A stretch of 36,215 nt of DNA. It comes from a virus. Lineage: Duplodnaviria > Caudoviricetes. The stretch covers positions 1-36,215 of the IMG/VR virus record IMGVR_UViG_3300012943_000690; one strand, given 5' to 3'. Below, in pieces: positions 16,139 to 25,215 of the stretch. The notes under the pieces are model-generated. The model did not search any database. It was not told the DNA's origin and saw only the letters and a list, made by a program, of their open reading frames with translations. Each line of letters opens with the position of its first letter. Positions within the stretch are counted from its first letter, which is position 1. A program made the position numbers and the translations under genes.

Positions 16139-17420
16139 GACGCCGCGCGCGTTTCTACCTCTGCTACAGCCTGCACGATACAAGGGAGCTTATGGCGGGC
16201 GAGGTGGGGCTAAATCCCACTTCTTTGCCGAGAAGTTGATCGAACGCTGCGTCATGCAGCCGACGCGATGGGCTTGTTTGCGCGAGGTGCAGAACAGCCT
16301 CAAGGAGTCGGTCCAGCAGCTTTTGCTTGATAAGGCCGCCAAGTTTGGCATTTCGAGCGCGTTCAAGGCCGTTGATGGCGAGGTTCGCGGCCCGAATAAC
16401 AGTCTGATCCTTCTGAAGGGGATGCATCACTATAACGCCGACAGCCTCAAATCGCTGGAAGGCTATGACGGTGCATGGTGTGAGGAGGCGCAGACCTTCG
16501 CACAGCGGTCTATCCGCATCCTACGCCCTACCATTCGCAAACCCGGGTCGGAAATGTGGTTCTCCTGGAACCCACGGAATGACACGGACCCGGTGGACAT
16601 GCTGTTGCGCGGTCCTAACCGACCAGCGGATTCCGTGGTTGTCAAAGTTGGTTGGCAGGACAACCCTTGGTTCCCAGATGTGCTGCGGGCCGAGAAGGAT
16701 GCGGATTACGCTACCGACCCTGAGATGGCCGAGCATGTGTGGGGCGGCGCTTACGAGGTCATCTCGGAGGGCGCCTATTACGCGCGGCACCTGCTGGCAG
16801 CCGATAACGAAGGCCGGATCGGGGATTACCCGTATGACCCACGCTATGTGGTCGATACCTGCTGGGACATTGGCGTCGATGATTACACCGCGGTCTGGCT
16901 GCTTCAGAACGACGGCGTGAAGGCTTGGGCCATTGGCTATTGCGAGGCGAGCGGCGAGGGGCCGGAAACTATCATCCCCGTAGCTCTGCCGAAAGACTAT
17001 CGGTACGGCGTCCATTATTTCCCGCACGACATAAAGGTGAGGGAGTGGGGCGCTGGCGCTCGGTCGCGGCTGGAAACGGTGCGCGGTCTGGGACTTAAGA
17101 ACATCCGCGTTGGTGTACCGAATGATGAGGATGCCCGCATCAATGCGGTGCGCCGCATTCTGCCAATCATGGCGTTTGACCGGGTTGGAACGGATTTAGG
17201 CGTCAAGCGGCTTCGGAATTATCGCAGACGCAGACATGAAAAACTCGGGATCTGGCTCGGTGCGCTCCACGACGAGAGTTCGCACGGGGCCGATGCCTTT
17301 GGAGAATACGCAATCAATGCACCGATCAACCCAGCCAAGCCAAAGGTTCCGGCGCGCAATCCGGCTGATCTTGGCATGTGGGGAAATCGTAGTGGCGAGA
17401 AATCCTGGAGAGTGGCGTGA
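16110..17420 (+). CDS. terL: Terminase large subunit (PBSX-like)
   Basis: Walker A YGGRGGAKS, Walker B WCEEA, SWNP, nuclease WDIGVDD and SHGADAF. Confidence 0.95.
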   Translation: MTRPRTLRIETPRAFLPLLQPARYKGAYGGRGGAKSHFFAEKLIERCVMQPTRWACLREVQNSLKESVQQLLLDKAAKFGISSAFKAVDGEVRGPNNSLILLKGMHHYNADSLKSLEGYDGAWCEEAQTFAQRSIRILRPTIRKPGSEMWFSWNPRNDTDPVDMLLRGPNRPADSVVVKVGWQDNPWFPDVLRAEKDADYATDPEMAEHVWGGAYEVISEGAYYARHLLAADNEGRIGDYPYDPRYVVDTCWDIGVDDYTAVWLLQNDGVKAWAIGYCEASGEGPETIIPVALPKDYRYGVHYFPHDIKVREWGAGARSRLETVRGLGLKNIRVGVPNDEDARINAVRRILPIMAFDRVGTDLGVKRLRNYRRRRHEKLGIWLGALHDESSHGADAFGEYAINAPINPAKPKVPARNPADLGMWGNRSGEKSWRVA

Positions 17421-17545
17421 CTGAGGCGAAGCTGGCGGAGATTGCACGGTTGAAGGCGCTGCTCGCCGCCCGTGATGGAAAGCCAGGCTATCGCGCCAAT
17501 TGTGACGAAATCCGCGCACGTCTGAAAGCATTGCTGGGTGGCTGA
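17417..17545 (+). CDS. 42-aa helical-hairpin protein MTEAKLAEIARLKALLAARDGKPGYRANCDEIRARLKALLGG
   Basis: GGAG RBS; GTGA overlap with the terL stop; overlaps the portal start. Confidence 0.65.
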   Translation: MTEAKLAEIARLKALLAARDGKPGYRANCDEIRARLKALLGG

Positions 17546-19478
17546 GACCGAGACGGACGCCAAATCGGCTGCCGATAAGCTTACCCGCTACCGCCGCATG
17601 TTCGACGATGCGCGGACGGACAGCAATAAGGTGCACGAACGACGCGAGTCGATGACCGACCGGGATTACTATGACGGTCACCAACTTTCGCCGGACGAAA
17701 AGAGAATACTGCGGGAGCGCGGGCAGCCCGAACTTGTCATCAACCGCATTCGTCGCGGCGTAGATGGCATTCTTGGTGTGGTGGAGCAGGCCAAGACTAG
17801 CCCGCGCGCATATCTGCGCAATCCACCCAAGCCGAGCCAGCCGCAGCCGCAGCAGCAGCAAATGCCGCCCGGGGTGCCACCGCAACAGCAGCAGGGCCCG
17901 GTCCGGGATGATCTGGATGCTGGCGACGTGGCATCGATGACCTTGCGCTATATCAGCGATACGCAGCGTTTCCCGCAGCTAAAAATGGATGCGCTGGACA
18001 ACATGCTCGTTGAGGGCTCTTGCGCTGCAATCTTCGAGACCGGGCAGGATCAGAACGTCATTGCAGCGCAAATCCGGTGGGAAGAATTTTTCTATGACCC
18101 GCGCTCGCGCCGGTCGGACTTCAAGGACGCGCGATACCTCGGCATTGCAAAGTGGATGTATGCTGATCAGGTGGCGTCTATCTACAAAGCGCATGCCAGC
18201 GATCTGACGAATTTCGCATCGTCCGGCAATTTTCTTTCAGGCGCCACCGACGCGACGTGGGAAGATCGCCCGGACAACGGCGCGCCGTGGATCGACAGCA
18301 AGCAGCGCCGAGTCATGGTGGTGGAGATGTACCACCTCGAAGCCGGCTTGTGGATGCGCAGCATCTTTTGGACCGGGGGCCTACTTGAAGACGGCAAGAG
18401 TCCGTATGTAGATGATTCAGATAGACCGCTCTGTCCTATCGAAGCCCAATCCGCCTATGTGGATAACAAGAACCGCCGTTACGGCCCTGTGCGCGATATG
18501 CGTGGGCCGCAGGACGAGATCAACATGCGGCGCTCAAAGCTGCTGCATCTGCTCAATGTCAGGCAGGTGCAGCAGGTGGACATGTCAGCGCCACCTATCG
18601 ACGCCGATATTGTCCGCAAAGAAGCCGCGCGCCCGGATGGTGTGATTCCCTCTGGCTGGCAAATTGTGCCGACGACAGACATGGCAATGGGGCAAGCGAA
18701 CCTATTGGCTGAGGCCAAGGCTGAGATCGACCGCATGGCGCCGAACCCTGCCATTCTTGGCAGATCATCTGCGGATGCATCTGGCCGCGCGCAACAAGTA
18801 CGCCAGAATGCTGGCATGACCGAGCTTGCCCGTGTGCTGGGCCGGTTCAATGACTGGGAAATGCGCTGCTATAAGCAGATGTGGTCGCGCGCGCGTGCAT
18901 GGACCGATCCGAAATGGATTCGGGTGACCGATGACGATGGCGCGCCGCAATATGTTCGTATCAATGAGCCGAGTGATGAGCCGCCGCAAATTATGACGGA
19001 CCCGCAGACGGGGCATCCGGTCGAAGTTCCCGCCCCGCCAAAAAACCACATCGCGAAAATGGATGTGGATATCGTGGTCGATACCGTGCCGGAGACGGCA
19101 ACGCTCGAACAGGAAGTGTTCCAAGACCTTGCGAAGATTGCAGGCGCCTATGGCCCGCAGGCGGTGCCGTTCGAGATGATGATCGAGCTTTCATCCGTGC
19201 CGAAAAAGCGCGAGTTCGTCCGCAAGCTGCGTGATCTGCGGGCCGAGGCCGCGCAGGAACAGGCGCAGGGTCAACAGCGCCAAGCGCAATTGGCGGAGGA
19301 AAAAATCCGCTCTGAGATTGCCGAAATAAATTCATCGACGGCCAAAAACCTTTCTGCTGCAAATGCGGCAGAGGTTGCAGCCGTCAATGATGCTTTGCAG
19401 GGCCATAAGTCGGCTCTTGAGGGCATTATCCCGACGCCGGGGCCAACGGGCGAAGCCGGGCCGAACCTCCCGCAATAG
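17538..19478 (+). CDS. Portal protein (P22-like)
   Basis: DRDYYDGHQ...RGQP.LVINRI, FYDP.SR..DF.DARY, YGPVRDMRGPQDEIN.RRSK; C-terminal coiled coil. Confidence 0.92.
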   Translation: MAETETDAKSAADKLTRYRRMFDDARTDSNKVHERRESMTDRDYYDGHQLSPDEKRILRERGQPELVINRIRRGVDGILGVVEQAKTSPRAYLRNPPKPSQPQPQQQQMPPGVPPQQQQGPVRDDLDAGDVASMTLRYISDTQRFPQLKMDALDNMLVEGSCAAIFETGQDQNVIAAQIRWEEFFYDPRSRRSDFKDARYLGIAKWMYADQVASIYKAHASDLTNFASSGNFLSGATDATWEDRPDNGAPWIDSKQRRVMVVEMYHLEAGLWMRSIFWTGGLLEDGKSPYVDDSDRPLCPIEAQSAYVDNKNRRYGPVRDMRGPQDEINMRRSKLLHLLNVRQVQQVDMSAPPIDADIVRKEAARPDGVIPSGWQIVPTTDMAMGQANLLAEAKAEIDRMAPNPAILGRSSADASGRAQQVRQNAGMTELARVLGRFNDWEMRCYKQMWSRARAWTDPKWIRVTDDDGAPQYVRINEPSDEPPQIMTDPQTGHPVEVPAPPKNHIAKMDVDIVVDTVPETATLEQEVFQDLAKIAGAYGPQAVPFEMMIELSSVPKKREFVRKLRDLRAEAAQEQAQGQQRQAQLAEEKIRSEIAEINSSTAKNLSAANAAEVAAVNDALQGHKSALEGIIPTPGPTGEAGPNLPQ

Positions 19479-19548
19479 GTTCAGTGGACGCCGCATCCTC
19501 GGGCGATGACGGGACGCCGCCGTTATTCGGGCGAATAGGGAAATCGTT

Positions 19549-20343
19549 ATGACTGATGAATCCGCACTCGTGGAGTCGCTCACTGCTGCCTTGTCGGAAC
19601 CGGCTGCACAGCCCGAACCGGCACCGGAAACACCGGTTGCAGACGCAACGCCAGCGGCGCCGACGCCAGACGTTCAGCAGCCTGCACCGGAACCTGCGCC
19701 CGTTGAGACGCAAGCACCGGCATCGCAGACAAATGATCCGAAGCATGGGCTTGTTCCCATCGCGGCCATGTTGGACGAGCGCGAGAAGCGGCAGGAATTG
19801 GAACGACGCCTCAAGCAATTTGAGGACACCAAGACCCAGCCACGTGAAATCCCTTCGATCCATGACAACCCGGAAGCCTTTGCTGCACATCTGGCCGAAG
19901 AAACAGCACGCACAACGCTGAACCTCCGCTTTGATATTTCGGAAGAAACTGCACGCGCCAAGCACGGCGACGACACCGTTCAGTCCGCAATGGACTGGGG
20001 GATGTCGAAGTCCGGCGAGAACCCGGCGTTTGCAGCCGAATATGTGAAGCAGAAAAACCCGGTTGATTGGGTCGTCAAGCAGCACAAGCGCGACAAGCTC
20101 TTGGGCGAAATCGGAGACGACCCGGACGAGTATGTCCGCAAGCGTTACGCCGAAATCGCGGGAGCAGCGCAGCCCAACGGCGAGGGCCAGCCGACACAGG
20201 CCCAACCACTGCAACCCACGCTGCAACAACCCGCACCCAAACCTACGCCGTCACCAAGCCTTGCTTCAGCCCCGAATGCCGGTGGTGGAGTGGATGCTGT
20301 GCCGTCGCATGGGGTGGCCGCGATTGATGCAGTCTTCCGATAA
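19549..20343 (+). CDS. Scaffolding protein
   Basis: Lies between portal and capsid; P/A-rich ends; VPIAAMLDEREKRQ motif. Confidence 0.8.
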   Translation: MTDESALVESLTAALSEPAAQPEPAPETPVADATPAAPTPDVQQPAPEPAPVETQAPASQTNDPKHGLVPIAAMLDEREKRQELERRLKQFEDTKTQPREIPSIHDNPEAFAAHLAEETARTTLNLRFDISEETARAKHGDDTVQSAMDWGMSKSGENPAFAAEYVKQKNPVDWVVKQHKRDKLLGEIGDDPDEYVRKRYAEIAGAAQPNGEGQPTQAQPLQPTLQQPAPKPTPSPSLASAPNAGGGVDAVPSHGVAAIDAVFR

Positions 20344-20354
20344 GGAACGACTAA

Positions 20355-21488
20355 ATGGAAGTCCGTCTCGCAACATCGTCCGAACGCCAGGTTTGGACAA
20401 ACCAGTACTACAAGGAATACCTGCGCGAGAGCGCGTTCAGCCCGTATATGGGCGCCGGAAAGAATTCTATTTTCCGTGTCAAGGCCGAGCTTCAGACCGA
20501 GGCCGGAAAGATCATCAACATCCCGATCATCGGTCGCCAGAAAGGTTCTGGCGTATCGGGTGCTGCGTTGCTGGAAGGCAACGAAGACGACATCAACAAC
20601 TGGAATTGCCAGGTCACCATTGAGTGGCAGCGCAAAGCCATCGTCATCCCGAAATCGACCACCTATCTGACGGAGATCGATTTCTTCAACGCGGCGCGTG
20701 ACGGGCTGAAAGAATGGTCTGCCGAACGCCTGCGTGACAGCCTGATCGACGCTCTCGGTCAGGTCATCATCCCCGGCGCCACGGCTGATGCGCCGGACAC
20801 GGCGGTCAGCTATGCCAATGCCAGCGCTGGTCAGCGTAACACCTTCCTCGGCAACAACACGGATCGCGTGTTGTTTGGCGCTACGAAGGCGAACGCATCG
20901 TCCGGCATCTGGGCGACTGCGCTGGGCAATGTGGACGGGACCGACGACAAGTTGACCACTGGCATCGGCTCGGCTGCCAAGCGTATGGCGAAGATGGCCG
21001 GTGGCATCAGCGCGACCGACACCAACCAGAAGACGCGCATCACACCCTACCGCACCGAAACCGGGCGTGAATTCTATGTGATGTTCACCAATCCGTGGGC
21101 CTTCCGCGATCTCAAGGTGGACCCCGTGATGGTGAATGCCAATCGCGATGCCCGCGCGCGCGAAGGTAGCGGCATGGACAAGAACCCGATCTTCCAGGAT
21201 GGGGATTTGATCTATGACGGTGTGATCTATCGCGAAGTGCCGGAACTGGCGCAGCTCACCATCGCTGGTGCCGGTAATGGCGGCATTGACGTGGCGCAGA
21301 ACTTCCTCTGTGGCCAGTGCGCGGTAGGCATTGCCTGGGGCCAGCAGCCCACGCCGCGCCAGCGCACTTTTGATTACAACTTCCGTCAGGGCGTTGGCAT
21401 CGAGGAACTGCGTGGGCAGCGCAAAACCAGCGTGACCGGGACGCAGTTCGGCATGGTGAGCGTGCTCACCGCTGGCGTAGCCGACTAA
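20355..21488 (+). CDS. Major capsid protein (DUF4043/N4-gp56-like)
   Basis: 377 aa, AAGGA RBS, strong codon bias, LEGNEDD, NPIFQ...YDGVI, LCGQCAVGIAWG. Confidence 0.9.
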   Translation: MEVRLATSSERQVWTNQYYKEYLRESAFSPYMGAGKNSIFRVKAELQTEAGKIINIPIIGRQKGSGVSGAALLEGNEDDINNWNCQVTIEWQRKAIVIPKSTTYLTEIDFFNAARDGLKEWSAERLRDSLIDALGQVIIPGATADAPDTAVSYANASAGQRNTFLGNNTDRVLFGATKANASSGIWATALGNVDGTDDKLTTGIGSAAKRMAKMAGGISATDTNQKTRITPYRTETGREFYVMFTNPWAFRDLKVDPVMVNANRDARAREGSGMDKNPIFQDGDLIYDGVIYREVPELAQLTIAGAGNGGIDVAQNFLCGQCAVGIAWGQQPTPRQRTFDYNFRQGVGIEELRGQRKTSVTGTQFGMVSVLTAGVAD

Positions 21489-21512
21489 CAGACAGATCAA
21501 GGAGACATACCA

Positions 21513-21968
21513 ATGGCAGTTTACAACTCGCCCGGCTATGCGCTGGGCGCGCCTATCCGCACGCATGGTCTGGCAGGGGCTATCCAAGCCCTGCTTGACG
21601 AAACGGTGGCTTGCGCCGCCTCGCCAGCCACAACCGATACGGTCAACTTCGGCTACCTTCCGCCGAATGCCGTCATTACCGGCGCGATTCTTGTCACGTC
21701 TGACATGGATACGGGCGGCAGCCCGGCGCTCACCATTAATGTCGGTACGGCGGCAACGGCGGGTCTGATCTTCGCGGCCTCAACCGCTGCGCAGTCCGGC
21801 ACGACCGATGCTGCGATGGCTGCCGCTGGCCGAGGTTATACGACCACGGCGAAAACAGCGGTGATTGGCGCGGCAGGCACCAATGCCGCGACGGGCGCCG
21901 CTGGCACGTTGCGCCTGATCGTTATGGGTTACATCAAAGACCCGTCCACCTCCGGCACGGGGGGCTGA
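21513..21968 (+). CDS. Putative capsid decoration/minor head protein
   Basis: AAGGAG RBS right after the MCP; A/T/G-rich; LPPNAVI..DMDTGGSPALTINVG. Confidence 0.65.
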   Translation: MAVYNSPGYALGAPIRTHGLAGAIQALLDETVACAASPATTDTVNFGYLPPNAVITGAILVTSDMDTGGSPALTINVGTAATAGLIFAASTAAQSGTTDAAMAAAGRGYTTTAKTAVIGAAGTNAATGAAGTLRLIVMGYIKDPSTSGTGG

Positions 21969-21971
21969 TCC

Positions 21972-22244
21972 ATGCGCGTGACATGGCTTGGTGACGATGA
22001 CCCGGCGTTCAAGGATTGGGCCACTGTGTTCGGCCACTTCTTCGAGCCCGGCGTCCCGGTAGACCTGCCGGACGATGTTCGCGACGAAACTGGGCGCGAT
22101 GTGTCCAGCAAAATCCGCAATCATCCTTGCTTCACGGTCGATGATGCAGACCATCCCCCAGCGAAAGCTGAGGGCGATGGCGCTGCAAAGCCTGGCCGTG
22201 GTCGCAAGGCGAAAGCTGAGGGCGATGGCGCTGCTGTGTCGTGA
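21972..22244 (+). CDS. Small head-module protein
   Basis: VFGHFFEPGVPVD...KIRNHPCF and a basic tail. Confidence 0.65.
   Translation: MRVTWLGDDDPAFKDWATVFGHFFEPGVPVDLPDDVRDETGRDVSSKIRNHPCFTVDDADHPPAKAEGDGAAKPGRGRKAKAEGDGAAVS
22161..22234 (+). repeat. 26-bp direct repeat GCGAAAGCTGAGGGCGATGGCGCTGC (22161 and 22209)
   Basis: Exact copies 48 bp apart. Confidence 0.9.
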
Positions 22245-22812
22245 CATAGTTCGTCGCGCTCTGCGTAAGTTGAGCCTCGTTGCTGGCGGGAATGAACCGT
22301 CTGGCAACGAGGCCAACGACGCCATGGAGACGTTGCGGGCCATCTATCTCGAAATGGTGGGCTCCGGTGTGTTCGGCGCTTTCCGCGATGCGGTGGTGAC
22401 CGACGCCACATATACCGCCAAGGAGCAGGACCGCATCCTGTGCAAGCGGGAGGAAGGCGTGACTGTTACCCTTCCAGAATGGGTCACCTGCGAAAGGCAA
22501 ACTGCCCCCCGCGCACCGAGGGACCGGGCAGGGGTTATTGTGACCGATCTCTACTCAGATGCGTCACAGACATGGATTTACGACGCCCAGATCGGGCGGT
22601 GGTCAAAGTTAGAAGATCTGGGGCTCAACGATGCGGCACCGCTTGGCGCCCGCCATTCCGAGGCCCTCGTTTGCGTTCTGGCGTGCCGGGTCGCGCCGGA
22701 TTATGCGGTTGAGGCGTCTCAGCAAGTGGCGGTGGGCGCGGTGCGTGGCATGTATGCCATCACCCACCACTATGACACGCCGTCTGAGCCTGTCCGCGCG
22801 GTGTTCATGTGA
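22225..22812 (+). CDS. Head-tail adaptor (P22 gp4-like)
   Basis: DIVRRALRKL..VAGGNEPS..EANDAM..L and EAL...LA.RVAPDY; position. Confidence 0.75.
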   Translation: MALLCRDIVRRALRKLSLVAGGNEPSGNEANDAMETLRAIYLEMVGSGVFGAFRDAVVTDATYTAKEQDRILCKREEGVTVTLPEWVTCERQTAPRAPRDRAGVIVTDLYSDASQTWIYDAQIGRWSKLEDLGLNDAAPLGARHSEALVCVLACRVAPDYAVEASQQVAVGAVRGMYAITHHYDTPSEPVRAVFM

Positions 22813-24203
22813 CGGCGGTATCCCTCGGCGTTTCCAACTTCAAGCGCGATGCTGGCTTTTCGGCCAAAATCATCCTGCGCAATATGTTCGTGGAGAAAGA
22901 TCCGACCAATCTGGTTGATGGCTATGTGCGGCTCCAGCGCCCTGGCCTGGCGCACTTTGCTGATGTTGGGTCTGGCCCCACCAGGTGCGTGTTCAAGCAG
23001 CTTGGGACGTTCGGCGGAGACTTTTTGGTCGTGTCAGGTCCCAACCTCTACCGCGTGACAGAGGCGGGGGTTGTAACGCCTCTCGGCTTTATCACTGGCG
23101 CAGGGCGCTGTCAGATTGCGGCAGGTGGCGCGCGCGCGCTGATCGCCACTGGAACAGATTGCTATTCGACCGATGGCGTGACGGTGACGCAGATCGCGAT
23201 GCCGGATGCGCAGCCCGTGCAGTCGGTCGCATACATCAATGGATATTTCGTTCTCACTATCGCTGGAGGGCAGCGCCTCTATTGGATTGCGCCTGGAGAG
23301 ACGAACCCGGACGCGCTGAGCTTCGCCTCCGCCGAGAACTCCCCGGATGATATTGCCCGGGTTGAGCGTATCGGTGATGAGCTTTGGTTTTTTGGGCAGG
23401 GGAATTCCACCGAGGTTTGGGTGCCGACTGGTAACGCCGATCTCGCGTTCCAGCGTGTTGAGGGGCGGCTGTACAATCAAGGTGCGGCCAACCGAGACAC
23501 GATTGTCAGGCTGGACAATACGCTATTCTGGGTGGGGACGGATAAGGTCGTCTATCGCGGCGACAGTGTGCCGGTACGGATTTCAGACAATTCCGTTGAG
23601 GAGATGCTTTCGCAGGCCGGTGTATCGGAATTGCGGGCTTGGGCCTTCGCGTATCAAGGCCATACATTTTACTGCCTGACCATAGGTAGCAAGGGCACGC
23701 GCGTATTTGATGTGTCCACCGGGACGTGGCCTGAATTTACCAGCTATGGCCGCCCGGCGTGGCGCGCGCATATCGGGGCGCAGACTGATGGATCTCTGAT
23801 CGTTGCGGGGGATGACGAACAGGGCAAGCTCTGGAGGCTGGAGGCCGGACGGTCCAATGACGACGGCAAGCCGCTCATCCGTGAATTGACGGGTGGTGCG
23901 GCAGTTATGGGGCGGCCAGTGCCGTGCGCATCGTTTTCGCTCCTGGCAGCGACGGGGCGGGCAAACGCAAGCGGCCCAGGCTCTGACCCGGTGGTTGAAC
24001 TGCGCTGGTCCGACAATGGCGGAAATGCATGGTCCGACTGGGCGCAAATCAGCCTTGGAAAGCGCGGTGAATATGGCCGCGAGGTCGCTGTTACGCGGCT
24101 GGGCATGATGCGCGCGCCGGGCAGGCTGTTCCATCTGCGCATGTCGGAGGACACGGTGTTCCGTCTGAATTACGCCAAGGTGAATGACTGGATGGCTGGA
24201 TGA
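22809..24203 (+). CDS. Tail nozzle/packaged DNA stabilisation protein (P22 gp10-like)
   Basis: RPGL..F, YINGYFV, FASAENSPD, LWFFG..STEVW..TG, LRWSDNGG..WS, LGKRGEY...RLG. Confidence 0.9.
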   Translation: MTAVSLGVSNFKRDAGFSAKIILRNMFVEKDPTNLVDGYVRLQRPGLAHFADVGSGPTRCVFKQLGTFGGDFLVVSGPNLYRVTEAGVVTPLGFITGAGRCQIAAGGARALIATGTDCYSTDGVTVTQIAMPDAQPVQSVAYINGYFVLTIAGGQRLYWIAPGETNPDALSFASAENSPDDIARVERIGDELWFFGQGNSTEVWVPTGNADLAFQRVEGRLYNQGAANRDTIVRLDNTLFWVGTDKVVYRGDSVPVRISDNSVEEMLSQAGVSELRAWAFAYQGHTFYCLTIGSKGTRVFDVSTGTWPEFTSYGRPAWRAHIGAQTDGSLIVAGDDEQGKLWRLEAGRSNDDGKPLIRELTGGAAVMGRPVPCASFSLLAATGRANASGPGSDPVVELRWSDNGGNAWSDWAQISLGKRGEYGREVAVTRLGMMRAPGRLFHLRMSEDTVFRLNYAKVNDWMAG

Positions 24204-24658
24204 TGCTGAAGCTCCCCCGGATCAATCACATGATGACGGTCACGAAAGACCCCGCGTCCATCACCTTTTCCCGCTTCTGGGATCAGGCGATGAATTCCGT
24301 TGAGGTGGCGTTTAATGGCACGACATCACTCTCTGGCGAATTGGCTGATCTTTCATCGGGCGTTGCGCATCGCGATCTGCCGAACAGCTACACGGGCGAT
24401 AATCTGTTCTACCTGCCTGTCAATTCCATGCTCGGCTATTTGGTCCAGGGCACGCAGGTTGTTGGCTCGCAGATCACGGGTTGGACGGCGGCGACAGGCA
24501 CGGAAAACATGGGCGCCTTCAACGCGGATGATACCCGAACAGTGGGTGGCGGCTATTCGCAATCCGAAGTGCAGGCTATCCAAAACGATTTGCTTGCCGC
24601 TCGGCAACGGATTTTCGCGCTCGAATCCGCGATGCGCGCCCACGGATTGATTGACTAA
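24200..24658 (+). CDS. Tail needle (P22 gp26-like), short
   Basis: C-terminus TGWTAATGT..GAFNAD...YSQSEVQAI...ALESAMRAHGLID closely matches the P22 gp26 tip. Confidence 0.88.
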   Translation: MMLKLPRINHMMTVTKDPASITFSRFWDQAMNSVEVAFNGTTSLSGELADLSSGVAHRDLPNSYTGDNLFYLPVNSMLGYLVQGTQVVGSQITGWTAATGTENMGAFNADDTRTVGGGYSQSEVQAIQNDLLAARQRIFALESAMRAHGLID

Positions 24659-25215
24659 TGCAGCATTTTGAGAAAATCGCGGAAGGGCTGGATGTTGCGC
24701 CGGTTCTCGACGAAATCTTGACCACACCCGATCTTTGGAGCGCCTATGCGGAACGCACCCATGATCCGGAATCGCCGCACTTTGGTGTGCCCGACATTTG
24801 GGTGAGGTATCGCAAGCGCTCAGAACTAGTAACCGGGGACGATTTTCGCGCCCCGCATTTTGCCGAGTTCTACCCGGCATGGCGCGCAATGCCTTCGCTG
24901 CATCCCATTGTCTACGACCTTATGGCGCGGGTCAGGGCCGTTTATCTTGGCGGCATCCTGATCACAAAAATACCGCCCGGTGGGCAGGTGAAGCCACACC
25001 ATGACCGTGGAAGCTGGCACGCCGAGACCATGAACAAGAAGGTTTACGTCCCGCTCCAGTCAAATGACGGCTGCATAAATTTCTGCGAAGGCGACGAGGT
25101 GGTGATGCGCCCAGGCGAGGTGTGGACTTTCGACAATCTGAAAACCCACAGCGTTCAAAACCGGGGCGATACCGACCGGATCACAGCAATTATTTGTATG
25201 AGGTGCGAACCATGA
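24658..25215 (+). CDS. 2OG-Fe(II) oxygenase, aspartyl/asparaginyl beta-hydroxylase family
   Basis: PPGGQVKPHHD (HxD), VPLQSN, GEVWTFDN.KTHSVQN.G.TDRI (distal His and 2OG-binding Arg). Confidence 0.87.
   Translation: MQHFEKIAEGLDVAPVLDEILTTPDLWSAYAERTHDPESPHFGVPDIWVRYRKRSELVTGDDFRAPHFAEFYPAWRAMPSLHPIVYDLMARVRAVYLGGILITKIPPGGQVKPHHDRGSWHAETMNKKVYVPLQSNDGCINFCEGDEVVMRPGEVWTFDNLKTHSVQNRGDTDRITAIICMRCEP

Noticed and set aside
20145-21587. 480-aa minus-strand ORF
   Set aside because: Shadow of the strongly codon-biased major capsid gene
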